From: Przondovirus NAN33P2
Sequence record: OZ035820.1
Length of the DNA: 40,708 nt
Reading direction: 5' to 3' (one strand)
The notes below the pieces were generated by a model, which was given only the letters and a program-made list of their open reading frames with translations, was not told where the DNA came from and did no database searches. The position numbers and the translations under genes were made by a program. This document shows, piece by piece, positions 29,087 through 40,530 of this stretch. Each line of letters opens with the position of its first letter. The stretch's first letter is position 1.

Positions 29087-29497
29087 ATGTACATAAGAAA
29101 TACTGTAAGTAATGACTTTGATTTGTTCGTCCCGGCCTACCATGACGTACTTGAGGCGCAGGCCATGGGTATAGAACCATCGTTCCCAGCGGTTACTGAG
29201 TGTGTCACGTTAGACCACGATGGTTTTCCTTTGGCTATAGGTGGACATTGCGGAGACCAGTGCTGGTTCGTCACGAGTGACCAAGTGTGGAGACTCGACA
29301 GGGCTGGCAAGCTGGAGTTCCGTGAGAGAATCATGGAGTACAGGGACATGTTATTAAATGTTTATCCATCCCTGTGGAACTTCGTGTGGGTCGGCAACGG
29401 TCCCCACAAGCGGTTCCTTAAGTCCATCGGTGCTGTATTCCACGAGGAGTACACTAAGGGTGGGAAGTTCCAACTGTTCACCATAACTAGGAGGTAA
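29087..29497 (+). CDS. gp13: Internal virion protein A
   Basis: 136 aa (T7 gp13 is 138 aa); assigned by position and size. Confidence 0.7.
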   Translation: MYIRNTVSNDFDLFVPAYHDVLEAQAMGIEPSFPAVTECVTLDHDGFPLAIGGHCGDQCWFVTSDQVWRLDRAGKLEFRERIMEYRDMLLNVYPSLWNFVWVGNGPHKRFLKSIGAVFHEEYTKGGKFQLFTITRR

Positions 29498-29499
29498 CT

Positions 29500-30090
29500 A
29501 TGTGTTGGGTGGCCGCAATACCAATCGCAATGACAGCAGTACAAGCCATCGGTCAGTCACGCAATGAAGCCAAGATGATTGGCCTTCAGAATGACCAGAT
29601 GCGCCGACAGTCTGCCCAGATGATTAAAGAGTCAAACATTCAGAACGCTAACGCCAGCCTTGAGCAGAAGCAGAAGCTGGAAGAAGCCAGTGCGGACCTG
29701 ACCGCTAAGAATCTCGATAAGGTTCAAGCCATGGGTACAATCCGTGCAGCAATCGGAGAGGGAAACCTTGAGGGAGCCAGTATGGACCGTATCAGTCGAA
29801 TCGAGGAGGGCAAGTTCATTCGGGAGGCCAACGCGGTCACCGATAACTACCGCCGAGACTATGCGTCACTGTTCGCTCAGCAGCTAGGTAACTCTGAGTC
29901 TACTATCGACCAAGTTAAGTCCATGCAGAAAGCTGAAGGCAAGGGTAAGTCTAAGCTGGAGCAGGTACTAGACCCGCTGGCGCTGATGACCTCACAGGGT
30001 GCATCCGCATATTCGTCGGGTGCGTTCGACAGCAAGGGAACCAAGGCGCCAATTAGTCAGGCCCAAGGTACTAAGGTAGGAGGTAAATAA
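29500..30090 (+). CDS. gp14: Internal virion protein B
   Basis: 196 aa; N-terminus MCWVAAIPIA and core (QAMGTIRAAIGE, ENYRRDYA.LFAQQLG) match recalled T7 gp14. Confidence 0.9.
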   Translation: MCWVAAIPIAMTAVQAIGQSRNEAKMIGLQNDQMRRQSAQMIKESNIQNANASLEQKQKLEEASADLTAKNLDKVQAMGTIRAAIGEGNLEGASMDRISRIEEGKFIREANAVTDNYRRDYASLFAQQLGNSESTIDQVKSMQKAEGKGKSKLEQVLDPLALMTSQGASAYSSGAFDSKGTKAPISQAQGTKVGGK

Positions 30091-32345
30091 TGGCCAGTAA
30101 ATTAGAACAAGCATTAAGCCAACTGCCGCAGGCCGGGTCTACCCGCATCCGTGGTGGCTCAGCGTCCATGCAGTATCGCCCAGTAACCATTCAGCAGGAG
30201 GGGTACAGACAGTCCAACCTAGTGCAGTCCTTGGCGAAGTTTGGTACTGCGGTGGGTGAGGCAGCGGATGCCTACGACAAGCGCCAACGGGACAAGGCCG
30301 ATGAGCGGTCCGATGAGATTATCCGTAAGTTGACCCCAGAGCAGCGCCGCGAGGCAATCAAGAATGGGACCCTACTGTATCAGGATGACCCGTACGCTAT
30401 GGAGGCCCTACGGTTCAAGACTGGACGTAACGCAGCGTTCCTCATTGACGACGAAGTGGCACAGCGTGTCCAGAACGGTGAGTTCCGTACTCGTGCTGAG
30501 ATGGAAGAGTATCGCCACAAACGGTTGACCGAAGGTGCCAATGAGTTCGCCGAACAGTTCATGATTAACCCTGAGGACTCTGAGTTCCAGAGAGGGTTCA
30601 ACGCGAACATCACTGAGCGCAACATCTCGCTGTACGGTAAGCACGATACGTTCCTTAGTGAGCAAGCCCAGAAGGGCGCCATACTGGCCTCGAAGGTTGA
30701 GCTGTCAGGCGTACTCAAAGACCCAGCCGTTCTGGCGCGTCCAGAGTCCGGTGAGTTCTTCCAGCGCTACATCGACAACGCGATTAAGACCGGGAGTATC
30801 CCTAGCGATGCCCAAGCGCAGCAGGTAATCATTGGGTCACTTAACGACGTCATTCAGCGTCCGGGTGCCACCAACTTCCTCCAGAGCCTTGCAGACCGTC
30901 CGGTGACCCTCAACGGGAAGACCTCGACCTATAAGGAGCTGATGGGAGAGGAGCAGTGGAACGCCCTGATGGTCAAGGCCCAGTCGACTCAGTTCGACAA
31001 TGACGCTAAGTTGTCTGAAGGTTTCCGCCTTGGGATTACCAGCGCGTTGAACCAAGACGACACCAGCAAGGGCTGGGAGATGCTTCAGGGTGCCAAAGCG
31101 GAACTTGACCGTCTACAACCCGGTGAGCAGATGACCCCAGAGCGTGAGCGTTTGATTCAGGCTGAGGAGCAGATGCAGGCACGTTTCCGTCAGGAGGCTC
31201 AAGCAGCAGCCAAGGAGATGGACAAGCGGCAGAAGACCATCAACAAGAATCAGGTCATCGACCAGCAGTTCACCAAGCGTATCAACGGTCAGTACGTGTC
31301 CACCAGCTACAAGGATATGCCGACCAACGAGAACACCGGAGAGTTCACTCACAGTGACATGGTGAATTACGCTAACGGTAAGCTGGCTGAGATTGACCAG
31401 ATGCAGCTCACGGAGCAACAGAAGGACCGCATGAAGCTGAGCTACCTACGGGCAGACTCAGAGGGTGGAGCCTTCCGTACCGTTGTGGGCCAGCTGGTAA
31501 CCGACGCTGGGTCTGAATGGTCTGCCGCTGTGATTAACGGTAAGTTACCAGAGGACACCACGGCGCTGAACAAGCTGCGCACCATGCGTAACACCGACCC
31601 GGACCTATTCGCCGCGCTGTACCCAGACAAGGCTGAGCTGTTCCTAACGCTTGACATGATGGATAAGCAGGGGATTGACCCCCAGATTCTCATCGACGCT
31701 GACCGTTCTCGTCGCAGCCTAACCAAAGAGATGCAGTACGAGGATGACAAAGCGTGGGCGGCACTGAAGAACAACTCCCAGTCCCCAGAACTGTCCCGCA
31801 TTCCAGCCAGCCTTGATGGTATGGCCAGAAAGATGTACGACAGTGTTAAGTACCGCACAGGCAACAGTGACATGGCCATGGAGCAGGTCGATAAGTTCCT
31901 CAAGGAATCCACTGTGACTTTCAAGGGTGACGACGTGGATGGTGATACCATTGGTATTATCCCGAAGAACATCCTACAGGTCAGCGATGACCCTAAGAGC
32001 TGGGAGCAGGGCCGAGACATCCTCGAAGAAGCCCGTAAGGGAATCATCGCGGCTAACCCTTGGGTGACCAACAAGCAGTTGACGATGTACCAGCAGGGTG
32101 ACTCTATCTACATGATGGACACCACTGGTACCGTACGCATCCGCTACGACAAGGAGCTACTGACTCAAACCTATCAGGAACAGCAGCAGCGACTGGCTAA
32201 GGAAGCCGAAGAGAAGGCACTGAAGGAAGCAACCAAGCGTGCACCTATATCCGCAGCCACTCAGGCTCGTAAGGCAGCAGGTGAGCGTGTCCGTGCGAAA
32301 CGTAAGGCCACTCCGAAGTTCATCTATGGAGGTGGCGATGAGTAA
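30090..32345 (+). CDS. gp15: Internal virion protein C
   Basis: 751 aa (T7 gp15 is 747 aa); position between 14 and 16. Confidence 0.85.
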   Translation: MASKLEQALSQLPQAGSTRIRGGSASMQYRPVTIQQEGYRQSNLVQSLAKFGTAVGEAADAYDKRQRDKADERSDEIIRKLTPEQRREAIKNGTLLYQDDPYAMEALRFKTGRNAAFLIDDEVAQRVQNGEFRTRAEMEEYRHKRLTEGANEFAEQFMINPEDSEFQRGFNANITERNISLYGKHDTFLSEQAQKGAILASKVELSGVLKDPAVLARPESGEFFQRYIDNAIKTGSIPSDAQAQQVIIGSLNDVIQRPGATNFLQSLADRPVTLNGKTSTYKELMGEEQWNALMVKAQSTQFDNDAKLSEGFRLGITSALNQDDTSKGWEMLQGAKAELDRLQPGEQMTPERERLIQAEEQMQARFRQEAQAAAKEMDKRQKTINKNQVIDQQFTKRINGQYVSTSYKDMPTNENTGEFTHSDMVNYANGKLAEIDQMQLTEQQKDRMKLSYLRADSEGGAFRTVVGQLVTDAGSEWSAAVINGKLPEDTTALNKLRTMRNTDPDLFAALYPDKAELFLTLDMMDKQGIDPQILIDADRSRRSLTKEMQYEDDKAWAALKNNSQSPELSRIPASLDGMARKMYDSVKYRTGNSDMAMEQVDKFLKESTVTFKGDDVDGDTIGIIPKNILQVSDDPKSWEQGRDILEEARKGIIAANPWVTNKQLTMYQQGDSIYMMDTTGTVRIRYDKELLTQTYQEQQQRLAKEAEEKALKEATKRAPISAATQARKAAGERVRAKRKATPKFIYGGGDE

Positions 32346-32361
32346 ACAATAAGGAGACAAC

Positions 32362-35300
32362 ATGAGCTACGACAAGTCCAGACCTAGTGACTACGACGGT
32401 ATCTTCCAGAAGGCAGCAGACTCTCACGGAGTTAGCTATGACCTGCTGCGTAAACTGTCCTTCAACGAATCATCCTTCAACCCTAAGGCCGTCTCTAAGA
32501 CTGGACCTAAGGGCATCATGCAGTTCACCCGCAACACGGCCCGAGCGATGGGACTTAACGTTACCGATGGTGACGACGATGGGCGCTACAACCCTGAGTT
32601 AGCCATTGACGCTGGCGCTAAGCTGCTTGCGAGCCTCGTTAAGAAGTACAATGGGGATGAGCTTAAAGCGGCCCTAGCGTACAACCAAGGGGAAGGCCCA
32701 GCGGGTGCTCCCCAGCTTCAAGCGTACGACAAGGGAGACTTCGGGTCTATCTCGGAGGAAGGTCGTAACTACATGCGCAAGCTGCTGGACGTGGCCAAGA
32801 GTCCGAACTCAGGAGCACTGGAGGCGTTCGGGGGCATAACCCCAAAGGGTAAAGGGATTCCCGCAGAGGATGCCTTCAAGGGCATCTCCAAGGCTGGCAA
32901 GGTAGGTACCGAACTGCCGGAGTCCCATGGGTTCGACGTTGAAGGTGTAGCGCAGGAAGCGCCCAACACACCATACGCTAAGGACTTCTGGGAGAAGACC
33001 GGGACGACTCTCGATGAGTATAACGCTCGGTCAACCTTCTTCGGTTTCGGTGATGCTGCTGAGGCTCAGATTCAGAACTCAACACTAGGTGTTGCCTTCC
33101 GTGCTGCGCGTGCTGACGATGGGTACGATGTGTTCAAGGACACAATGACCCCGACTCGCTGGAACTCTTACGTCCCCTCCAAGGAAGACTTACAGAAGCT
33201 GCGAGACTCCGGGTTGCCGCCAAGTTACTACGGTGTGGTGACTGGTGGTGACGGTGAGAACTGGGATGCGCTCATCAAGCTGGCCAAGGATAACTTCGAG
33301 GCTGACCAAAGGGCCGCTGAGGCTGGTACTGGGGCGAAACTAGCTGCTGGTATCGTTGGTGCTGGTGTAGACCCACTCAGCTATGTACCTCTGGTCGGTG
33401 TGACCGGGAAGGGACTCAAGGTGGTCAATAAGGCCTTGCGAGTAGGTGTGCAGGCTGGAGCACTCAGTGTTGCCTCTGAAGGTATCCGTACGTCAGTCGC
33501 TGGTGGTGAAGCTCACTACGCTGATGCGGCACTTGGTGGGTTACTGTTCGGTGCTGGTATGTCAGCCCTTAGTGACGCGGTGGCCGCTGGTATCCGCAAG
33601 GCTCGTGGAGTAGACTCCGTGAATGAGTTTGCTGGACCAGCACTCCGTATGGAAGCGCGAGAGACTGCCATCAACACTGGTGGTCACGACACCTCGACAC
33701 TACCTCCAGAGAACTTCTCGTTCGAGCAGGACCACAGAGGTGTTCCGTTTGCCGACCACCCGACCGAAGAGGGAGCAGTGGTTCTTGCCAATGGTTCCAT
33801 CCTGAGTGACACCAACCCGCTCAACCCAAGGACTCAACGTGACTTCGCAGAGATTGACCCAGAGCGTGCAGCTCCCGGTATCAAACTCGGTGGGTTCACT
33901 GAGATTGGTCTGAAGACCTTAGGGTCCAAGGATGCTGGCGTTCGTGCAATCGCTCAGGACCTCGTCCGTTCTCCTACAGGTATGCAATCAGGGTCTAGTG
34001 GTAAGTTCGGTGCGACCGCTTCGGACATCCATGAGCGTCTCCATTCGACTGACCAGAGGATGTATAACCAACTGTATGACGCTGTTGACCGCGCTATGAA
34101 GGACCCAGAGTTCTCCGTAGGCGAGCAGAAGATGTCACGCAGAGCCATCCGTCAGGAAGTCTACAAGCGTGCCGCCTTGGCGATTGAACGCCCAGAGTTA
34201 CAGGCTGATTTGACCAAAGGTGAACGTGAGGTGATGGACCTGCTGAAAGAGCACTTCGACACCAAGCGTGAACTGATGGAACAGCCGGGTATCTTCGGTA
34301 ACGCTAACGCCGTGAGCATCTTCCCCGGTAGTCGCCACAAAGGTACCTACGTGCCTAACGTGTACGACAGGGCTGCTAAGCAGTTAATGACGCAGAAGCT
34401 GGGCGGACCTGAAGGACTCCAACAGGCAATCGCTCAGAGCTGGCTCACCAGTTACCGAGTGCGGCCTGAGGTCAAGGCACGTGTCGACGAGTACCTGATG
34501 GAACTTAACGGCTACAAGTCGGTAGACCAAGTGACACCTGAGGTGGTCCAGAAGCACGCCATGGATAAGGCGTACGGTATCAGTCACACAGAGGACTTCA
34601 CAGCGTCCAGCATCATTGACGACAACATCACAGGTCTGGTCGGTATCGAGAACAACTCGTTCCTTGAAGCCCGTAACATGTTCGACAGTGACCTCCCGGT
34701 TACCTTACCTGACGGGTCAACCTTCAGCGTCAACGACCTGCGGGACTTTGACATGGCACGGATTATCCCAGCGTACGACCGTCGAGTTAACGGTGATATC
34801 TCCATCATGGGAGGTAGCGGTAAGACCACTAAGCAGCTCAAGGACGAAATCATGGCGTTAGACAAGCGGGCCGAACGCAAGGGACAACTGAAGGGCGAAG
34901 TGGAAGCACTGAAGGATACCGTTAAGATTCTCACTGGTCGTGCTCGCCGTAACAACGATACAGCCTTTGAGACTGCTATGCGCTCCCTGAATGACCTAGC
35001 GTTCTTCGCTAAGAACTTCTACATGGGTCCGCAGAACCTCACAGAAATCTCTGGGATGTTGGCTAAGGGTAACGTCAAGGCAATGCTTCATGGTATCCCA
35101 ACGTTGCGGGACCTAGCGACTAGAACCTCTCCGGTGTCCGGTAGTGAACTCCGTGAACTCCATGGGGCGCTGTTCGGTAAGGAACTCGACCAGTTAATCC
35201 GTCCGGGGCGTGAGGACATCGTACAGCGAATCCGCGAGGCGTCCGATACCAGTGGAGCCATGGCTTCTGTCATTGGTACCATTAAGTTCGGTACTCAGGA

Positions 35301-36327
35301 GCTGTCTGCTCGTTCTCCTTGGACAAAGATGCTGAATGGTACGGCTAACTACATTCTGGACACTGCCCGTCAGGGTGTGCTCGGTGATGTGGCTGGTGCG
35401 GCCCTAGGCGGCAAGGGTTCAAAGTTTGGCAAAGAGAACTTCCTCAAAGCTGCCTCTATCAGTCCTGAGCAGTGGAAGGGCATCAAGCAACTCTTTGTAG
35501 ACCACGCGACTCGTGACACTAACGGTCAGTTCACCATCAAGGACAAGAAGGCTTTCAGTCAGGACCCGAGAGCGATGGACCTGTGGCGTCTTGCCGATAA
35601 GGTTGCCGACGAGACCATGCTGCGACCCCACAAGGTATCTCTTCAGGATTCCAAGGCGTACGGTGCTGGTGTCAAGATGGCTATGCAGTTCAAGAACTTC
35701 ACCATCAAGTCGCTCAACGCTAAGTTCATTAGGTCCTTCTATGAGGGCTACAAGAACAACCGCGCTATCGACATGGCGTTGACCCACATCCTGTCACTTG
35801 GTATCGCCGGGACTTACTATGCGATGCAGGCCAACGTGAAGGCTTACGGTCTCCAAGAGTCTCAACGTAAGGACTACCTGAAGAAAGCCCTGAACCCGAC
35901 CATGCTGGCCTATGCAGCGTTGACTCGAAGTTCCCACACTGGTGCCCCGCTGTCCATCGTCTCGATGATTGCAGGTGCCGCTGGGTTCCAAGATGCAAAT
36001 ATGCTGCGCTCCACCATCTTACCTAAGGAGGAACAGTTCCAGAAGAAAGAAGGAGCATCCAAAGGTCGTGCCGAGTCGGGCAACCTTGTGGGTAACTTGG
36101 GGTCTCAGGTCCCGGCTCTTGGTTACGTAGGGAACGTCATTGCAACCGCTAAGAACGCCTACGGTGTTGTTACAGCACCCAATAAGCCGACTGAGCGCGA
36201 CTACATGACTGGCCTGATGAACTCCACTAAGGAGCTTGTGCCGAACGACCCGCTGACCCAACAGCTCATCATGAAAATCTATGAGGCTAACGGAGTAACC
36301 ATCAAACAGCAGCCTAAACCCAACTAA
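32362..36327 (+). CDS. gp16: Internal virion protein D with N-terminal lytic transglycosylase domain
   Basis: 1321 aa; N-terminal SLT-like domain (GVSYDLLRK, TGPKGIMQFT, ALAYNQGEG) and long collinear similarity to recalled T7 gp16. Confidence 0.95.
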   Translation: MSYDKSRPSDYDGIFQKAADSHGVSYDLLRKLSFNESSFNPKAVSKTGPKGIMQFTRNTARAMGLNVTDGDDDGRYNPELAIDAGAKLLASLVKKYNGDELKAALAYNQGEGPAGAPQLQAYDKGDFGSISEEGRNYMRKLLDVAKSPNSGALEAFGGITPKGKGIPAEDAFKGISKAGKVGTELPESHGFDVEGVAQEAPNTPYAKDFWEKTGTTLDEYNARSTFFGFGDAAEAQIQNSTLGVAFRAARADDGYDVFKDTMTPTRWNSYVPSKEDLQKLRDSGLPPSYYGVVTGGDGENWDALIKLAKDNFEADQRAAEAGTGAKLAAGIVGAGVDPLSYVPLVGVTGKGLKVVNKALRVGVQAGALSVASEGIRTSVAGGEAHYADAALGGLLFGAGMSALSDAVAAGIRKARGVDSVNEFAGPALRMEARETAINTGGHDTSTLPPENFSFEQDHRGVPFADHPTEEGAVVLANGSILSDTNPLNPRTQRDFAEIDPERAAPGIKLGGFTEIGLKTLGSKDAGVRAIAQDLVRSPTGMQSGSSGKFGATASDIHERLHSTDQRMYNQLYDAVDRAMKDPEFSVGEQKMSRRAIRQEVYKRAALAIERPELQADLTKGEREVMDLLKEHFDTKRELMEQPGIFGNANAVSIFPGSRHKGTYVPNVYDRAAKQLMTQKLGGPEGLQQAIAQSWLTSYRVRPEVKARVDEYLMELNGYKSVDQVTPEVVQKHAMDKAYGISHTEDFTASSIIDDNITGLVGIENNSFLEARNMFDSDLPVTLPDGSTFSVNDLRDFDMARIIPAYDRRVNGDISIMGGSGKTTKQLKDEIMALDKRAERKGQLKGEVEALKDTVKILTGRARRNNDTAFETAMRSLNDLAFFAKNFYMGPQNLTEISGMLAKGNVKAMLHGIPTLRDLATRTSPVSGSELRELHGALFGKELDQLIRPGREDIVQRIREASDTSGAMASVIGTIKFGTQELSARSPWTKMLNGTANYILDTARQGVLGDVAGAALGGKGSKFGKENFLKAASISPEQWKGIKQLFVDHATRDTNGQFTIKDKKAFSQDPRAMDLWRLADKVADETMLRPHKVSLQDSKAYGAGVKMAMQFKNFTIKSLNAKFIRSFYEGYKNNRAIDMALTHILSLGIAGTYYAMQANVKAYGLQESQRKDYLKKALNPTMLAYAALTRSSHTGAPLSIVSMIAGAAGFQDANMLRSTILPKEEQFQKKEGASKGRAESGNLVGNLGSQVPALGYVGNVIATAKNAYGVVTAPNKPTERDYMTGLMNSTKELVPNDPLTQQLIMKIYEANGVTIKQQPKPN

Positions 36328-36348
36328 TTAGGTAGCACTATAGGGAGA
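36326..36348 (+). promoter_or_regulatory. Phage RNAP promoter (phi17-like)
   Basis: AATTAGGTAGCACTATAGGGAGA. Confidence 0.8.
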
Positions 36349-36389
36349 CCAGCACGGTTTCCCTTCTCATTCAACTTAAGGAGGTCACG

Positions 36390-38921
36390 ATGGACCAAGA
36401 AATTAAAACAGTCATCCAGTACCCCACAGGGTCCACTGAGTTCGACATCCCGTTCGACTACCTGTCCCGTCGCTTCGTCAGAGTGTCTCTGGTCTCTGAG
36501 GATTCCAGAAGACTGCTGAGTAACATCACGGAGTACCGCTACGTCTCCAAGACCAGAATCAAACTACTGGTTTCTACTGAAGGTTTCGACCGTGTTGAGA
36601 TTCGTCGGTTTACCTCAGCCTCTGAGCGAATTGTTGACTTCAATGATGGCTCTGTGCTGCGAGCAACAGACCTTAACGTATCACAGCTACAGTCGGCGCA
36701 TATTGCTGAAGAAGCCCGTGACGCAGCCCTGCTGGCCATGCCTCAGGACGACGCAGGTAACCTCGATGCACGCAGTCGCCGTATCGTTAACTTGGCTCCC
36801 GGTATTGACGGCACTGACGCTATCAATAAGGACCAGTTAGATTCAACGCTGGGTGAGGCTGGTGGTATCCTTTCTGATATGAAAGAAGTACAGAAGGAAA
36901 CCTATGACTACATCGAGAAGCTCGGTGACGACACTTCGATTGTCCGTGGGGTAACTTGGGTGTACAACCAAGGGTCTGCCGTTGGTGGAGAGACTACGGT
37001 CCTCGTCGATAAACCTACCCGCACACTTGCCGTTCCTTACATTGAGATTAACGGTAGTCGCCAAGAGGTTGGGTATCACTTCTCGTTTGACATTGCCACC
37101 CAGATGATTACCTTGACGGAACCACTGGTTGCCGGGGATTTCCTGATGGCAATGACCACAGAGTCCAGTGTACCTCTGGAAGACCTTCTGGCCAACCCTA
37201 CTGGTGCCTCGGCTATTGGTACCTCCGATGGTCGAAACGTTCAGGCAAACATCGACGAGCTTCGCTCCGAGTTAGACTTCCTGAAAGACACGACGGTACT
37301 TGACGTTAGACGCTTTGGTGCTGTTGGTGATGGTATTGCAGATGATTACCCAGCGTTTCAGAAAGCGTGCATAGCCGCTAGTCAACTTGGTGGGGCAATA
37401 GTCCACGTACCGACTCCAAAGGTAAAATGGAAGATTGGATTCCCGGTTTACTTGTTCGACCGCACTTGGGTCCGTGGGACAGGCATCAACTGTATTGTCG
37501 AGTTCACTGACCCGCTGTATGCTCGCAAGTCCCGCTCTGGGTTCGTCATTGGGTCTGGCTACGAGCAGAACCGCGACAAGGCTATTCAATGTCTTAACGA
37601 TGGCACTTGGGCCACTACTGGTTCGGTGGTAGATAGGAACTTCGTTGAGTTGGACCGAGGTCAGTACGTTCGCGACAATCCGAGCAAGGTACAGTCGAGA
37701 CTGTGCCGAGTGTCCGGGATGTACCTGAAGGCTTCATATCCGAATGGTGCTACCCTGAAGGGTGGTTACGCAGTGTCTGGTGCCAACGCAGTAGACTCAG
37801 AGGTATTTGATATCTGGGGCGAAGGTTGGACTGAGATTATCAACTTCGGGTCTGACGTACCACCAGCTACACCAAGCTGTCACAACCTCCATGCGTACGA
37901 CATCACGTGTGTTGCACCTAACGACTACGAGACGTACTACAGTGCAGGATTCATTGCGAACTCTACAAGTTGCTCTATTGGCCGCTTCAAGCAGCTCAGG
38001 GCAATAGCTGACGGTTCTCCTCATGGTTCCTGTGGTTCCACGAACTACACCGAGTTCTGTTCGTTCTATGACATTGATGTGCCCAATCTTGGTCGTACTG
38101 CATCTTCTGAGGGTATCCTCGTGAACAACTCTAAGGGCGCGGTGACTCGTAACATCCGTATCGGGAACGCTAAGACGTGCGTGGCTGAATACTACACCAC
38201 TGGTGCGGGTATCTTCTACGACCGTAACCATCCGAACGTGTTCGACGGTATTCACGCTAACAACTGTGACAACGCGGTAGCTCTCCGCTCCAAGTTCTCA
38301 GTTTGGAAGAACGTGACGCAGACCAACTGTACCTATCACGTCTACTTCGGGACGACCAACGCACAAGCCTGTGTGGTCAAGTTCGTACCGGACACAATCG
38401 GTGGTGGTAATAACGTAGACATTCTGGACAGGCTCCGCGATAACGTTGTGACTGGCTGGCGTGTGCGCTCGCTCCACATCCGCCCCATCGCCTACCTACT
38501 GAACGACAAGTCAGTGTTGCGTAGCTGGGATGCTGGTAAGAACATCAAGGCTGAGAACGGTGTGGGATTCCAGTGGTTATTCCCTGTACCATCTACCATG
38601 CGTGCAATCACTCAGGTCAGCCAATGGTTTACCTTCGAGGTGGGTGCAGCGTCGGCCGGGACAGAGGTCAAGGTTCAGGTTCGCCGTATGTCAGCGTACA
38701 ACGGAGACGCCAACGAGCAGCCTGTAATCCTCTTTGAGAACAGCCGCAAGGCCTCTCTGGATACCGTACAGGCTACTAACATTGTGGCCAACTCCCCGGG
38801 TCTGGTCCTGACGTCCCCTACGGATGGACTGGCTAACGCTGTGGATGTCCTCGTGAGTGTTACGGCACCGACCGTTAACTTCAACATGAAAGAAGCTCGC
38901 ATCACGTATCTGGGCGACTAA
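36390..38921 (+). CDS. gp17: Tail fiber / tailspike: T7-gp17-like N-terminal anchor fused to a right-handed beta-helix depolymerase-like domain
   Basis: 843 aa; first 150 aa resemble the recalled T7 gp17 anchor (IKTV..Y, F.IPF.YL.R.FV.V.L, RLVDF.DGS.LRA.DLNV); the C-terminal part has a pectate-lyase-type signature ([20 protein letters not shown]) and a Gly/Asn/Thr-rich repetitive composition. Confidence 0.85.
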   Translation: MDQEIKTVIQYPTGSTEFDIPFDYLSRRFVRVSLVSEDSRRLLSNITEYRYVSKTRIKLLVSTEGFDRVEIRRFTSASERIVDFNDGSVLRATDLNVSQLQSAHIAEEARDAALLAMPQDDAGNLDARSRRIVNLAPGIDGTDAINKDQLDSTLGEAGGILSDMKEVQKETYDYIEKLGDDTSIVRGVTWVYNQGSAVGGETTVLVDKPTRTLAVPYIEINGSRQEVGYHFSFDIATQMITLTEPLVAGDFLMAMTTESSVPLEDLLANPTGASAIGTSDGRNVQANIDELRSELDFLKDTTVLDVRRFGAVGDGIADDYPAFQKACIAASQLGGAIVHVPTPKVKWKIGFPVYLFDRTWVRGTGINCIVEFTDPLYARKSRSGFVIGSGYEQNRDKAIQCLNDGTWATTGSVVDRNFVELDRGQYVRDNPSKVQSRLCRVSGMYLKASYPNGATLKGGYAVSGANAVDSEVFDIWGEGWTEIINFGSDVPPATPSCHNLHAYDITCVAPNDYETYYSAGFIANSTSCSIGRFKQLRAIADGSPHGSCGSTNYTEFCSFYDIDVPNLGRTASSEGILVNNSKGAVTRNIRIGNAKTCVAEYYTTGAGIFYDRNHPNVFDGIHANNCDNAVALRSKFSVWKNVTQTNCTYHVYFGTTNAQACVVKFVPDTIGGGNNVDILDRLRDNVVTGWRVRSLHIRPIAYLLNDKSVLRSWDAGKNIKAENGVGFQWLFPVPSTMRAITQVSQWFTFEVGAASAGTEVKVQVRRMSAYNGDANEQPVILFENSRKASLDTVQATNIVANSPGLVLTSPTDGLANAVDVLVSVTAPTVNFNMKEARITYLGD

Positions 38922-38934
38922 CTAAGGAGACAGT

Positions 38935-40521
38935 ATGTTAAACAAATTGAATCAACCTAAAGGCTCTACAATCGGTGTGCTCAAGGATGGGCGCACCATC
39001 CAAGAGGCAATCGACGAGCTGGAGAAGATTAAGACCCGCAACGTTGACCCTGAGCGCTTCCGTGAGACGTTGACGTCAAGTGACGATGAGGTATTCGAGA
39101 AGCTGTTCGCGTGGTTGGCTACTCAGTCAGACGTTGTGGGAACCTCAAGTTCTTCCTATATCACAGCCTTACCTCGCATGATTGAGCTTAGCGGTCGTAC
39201 CTATACGTTGACTAAGCGTCACGTGCTGGACGGCAACTTCGGCATTCAGAACGGCACCATCCTGATGTCAGGTGAGGGTGAGATTATCATGGGGCTCGAC
39301 GCTGGCACTAAGACTCGGCGGCACTTCCTTAAGTATGCACACTTCGAGTACATCGGGGAAACAGACCGTAGCACCTCTCTGGTCACCATGGCGCGGTGCT
39401 TCAACTCTGTGGTTCTGTTCTGTAACTTCATAGCTGGTGGCGATGCCGCTCGCAACAGGGCTCCACGTACACGTTACGGCCTGTTCGCAGGGTCCACCAG
39501 ATGCTGGGGCTTCCAGTTAATCGGTGGTGAGTATTATGGTGGCGACTGTGCGTTGCGTGTTGGACGCGCTAACGACCACACTGGGTTGACCATTCGTCCC
39601 GGTACTGTTCACCATTCTCGCGTTATCAATATGCTATTATGTAACCCAGCGGGTGCTGAGGTGTCTGGTTGTAACATTGAACACGCAGACAATGGTGCCA
39701 TCGGCCTAGGGATTACCTCCGGTACCAATACCTCAGGTAACGCAGCCCATGGGGTTCGCATCAATGGTGTGTACTTATACAACAACGGTAACGGCTCCAG
39801 CGGCTCAAACGTAGCACCTGCGAATATTCTCATTGGTAAGGACATTCCGGGCACCGAAGGTTGGGACCGCCCGGGCGAGTTGATTACGTCAAGCCGAAAC
39901 ACCGCGCACAGTATTACTGTGTCAGAGTGCTACATTGTAAGCCCAAACACAGAGAATGCCTGGCAGGTGAACGCCCTGTACGGTGTGTCCTTCGTGGACA
40001 ACAAAGTAGGCCTCAAAGGTGACGCTACGATTCACGGTGTGTACGACGGTACGTGTGCTAACTGCTGGGCTGTTGGAAACCGAGATCAAGGCGGTAAGGT
40101 ATTCCAGTTCTCCTCTACAGCAACCAACGCGATTCTGACTACCCGCAAAGGTAAGTGGACTCCGAAGATTATCGGTGAGGGTATGGCAGGTAACACTACA
40201 CTGAGTGCTTCTGGCGGCGCATACTCTCTGGATAATGGAATGGTAACCGTATCGTGCTTCGCAGTGGTAGACACTAAGGATCCTAACATGGCTGGGAACC
40301 TGAACATCAAACTCCCGGTAGCCTGTGAGGACCAGCAGCGAGGTGGTAACGGAATTTCTCTGACTAACATCCCCGGCGTATCGAGTCCTAACGGGAGTGT
40401 TATAATCATTGGGGATACCGCTCGAATCATGCTAGGGTCTGCGAGATTGCAGCCCGAGAACATCACAACAGGCACTGCTATCCACTTCTCAGTGTCATAC
40501 CCAGCCGATGTTAAGGTATAA
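38935..40521 (+). CDS. Second tailspike / putative depolymerase lacking the T7-type anchor
   Basis: 528-aa ORF with TAAGGAG RBS between gene 17 and holin 17.5; repetitive beta-helix-like composition (GNFGIQNGTILMSGEGEI, NGAIGLGITSGTNTSGNAAHGVRINGVYLYNNGNG); no gp17-like N-terminus. Confidence 0.65.
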   Translation: MLNKLNQPKGSTIGVLKDGRTIQEAIDELEKIKTRNVDPERFRETLTSSDDEVFEKLFAWLATQSDVVGTSSSSYITALPRMIELSGRTYTLTKRHVLDGNFGIQNGTILMSGEGEIIMGLDAGTKTRRHFLKYAHFEYIGETDRSTSLVTMARCFNSVVLFCNFIAGGDAARNRAPRTRYGLFAGSTRCWGFQLIGGEYYGGDCALRVGRANDHTGLTIRPGTVHHSRVINMLLCNPAGAEVSGCNIEHADNGAIGLGITSGTNTSGNAAHGVRINGVYLYNNGNGSSGSNVAPANILIGKDIPGTEGWDRPGELITSSRNTAHSITVSECYIVSPNTENAWQVNALYGVSFVDNKVGLKGDATIHGVYDGTCANCWAVGNRDQGGKVFQFSSTATNAILTTRKGKWTPKIIGEGMAGNTTLSASGGAYSLDNGMVTVSCFAVVDTKDPNMAGNLNIKLPVACEDQQRGGNGISLTNIPGVSSPNGSVIIIGDTARIMLGSARLQPENITTGTAIHFSVSYPADVKV

Positions 40522-40530
40522 GGAGGTATC

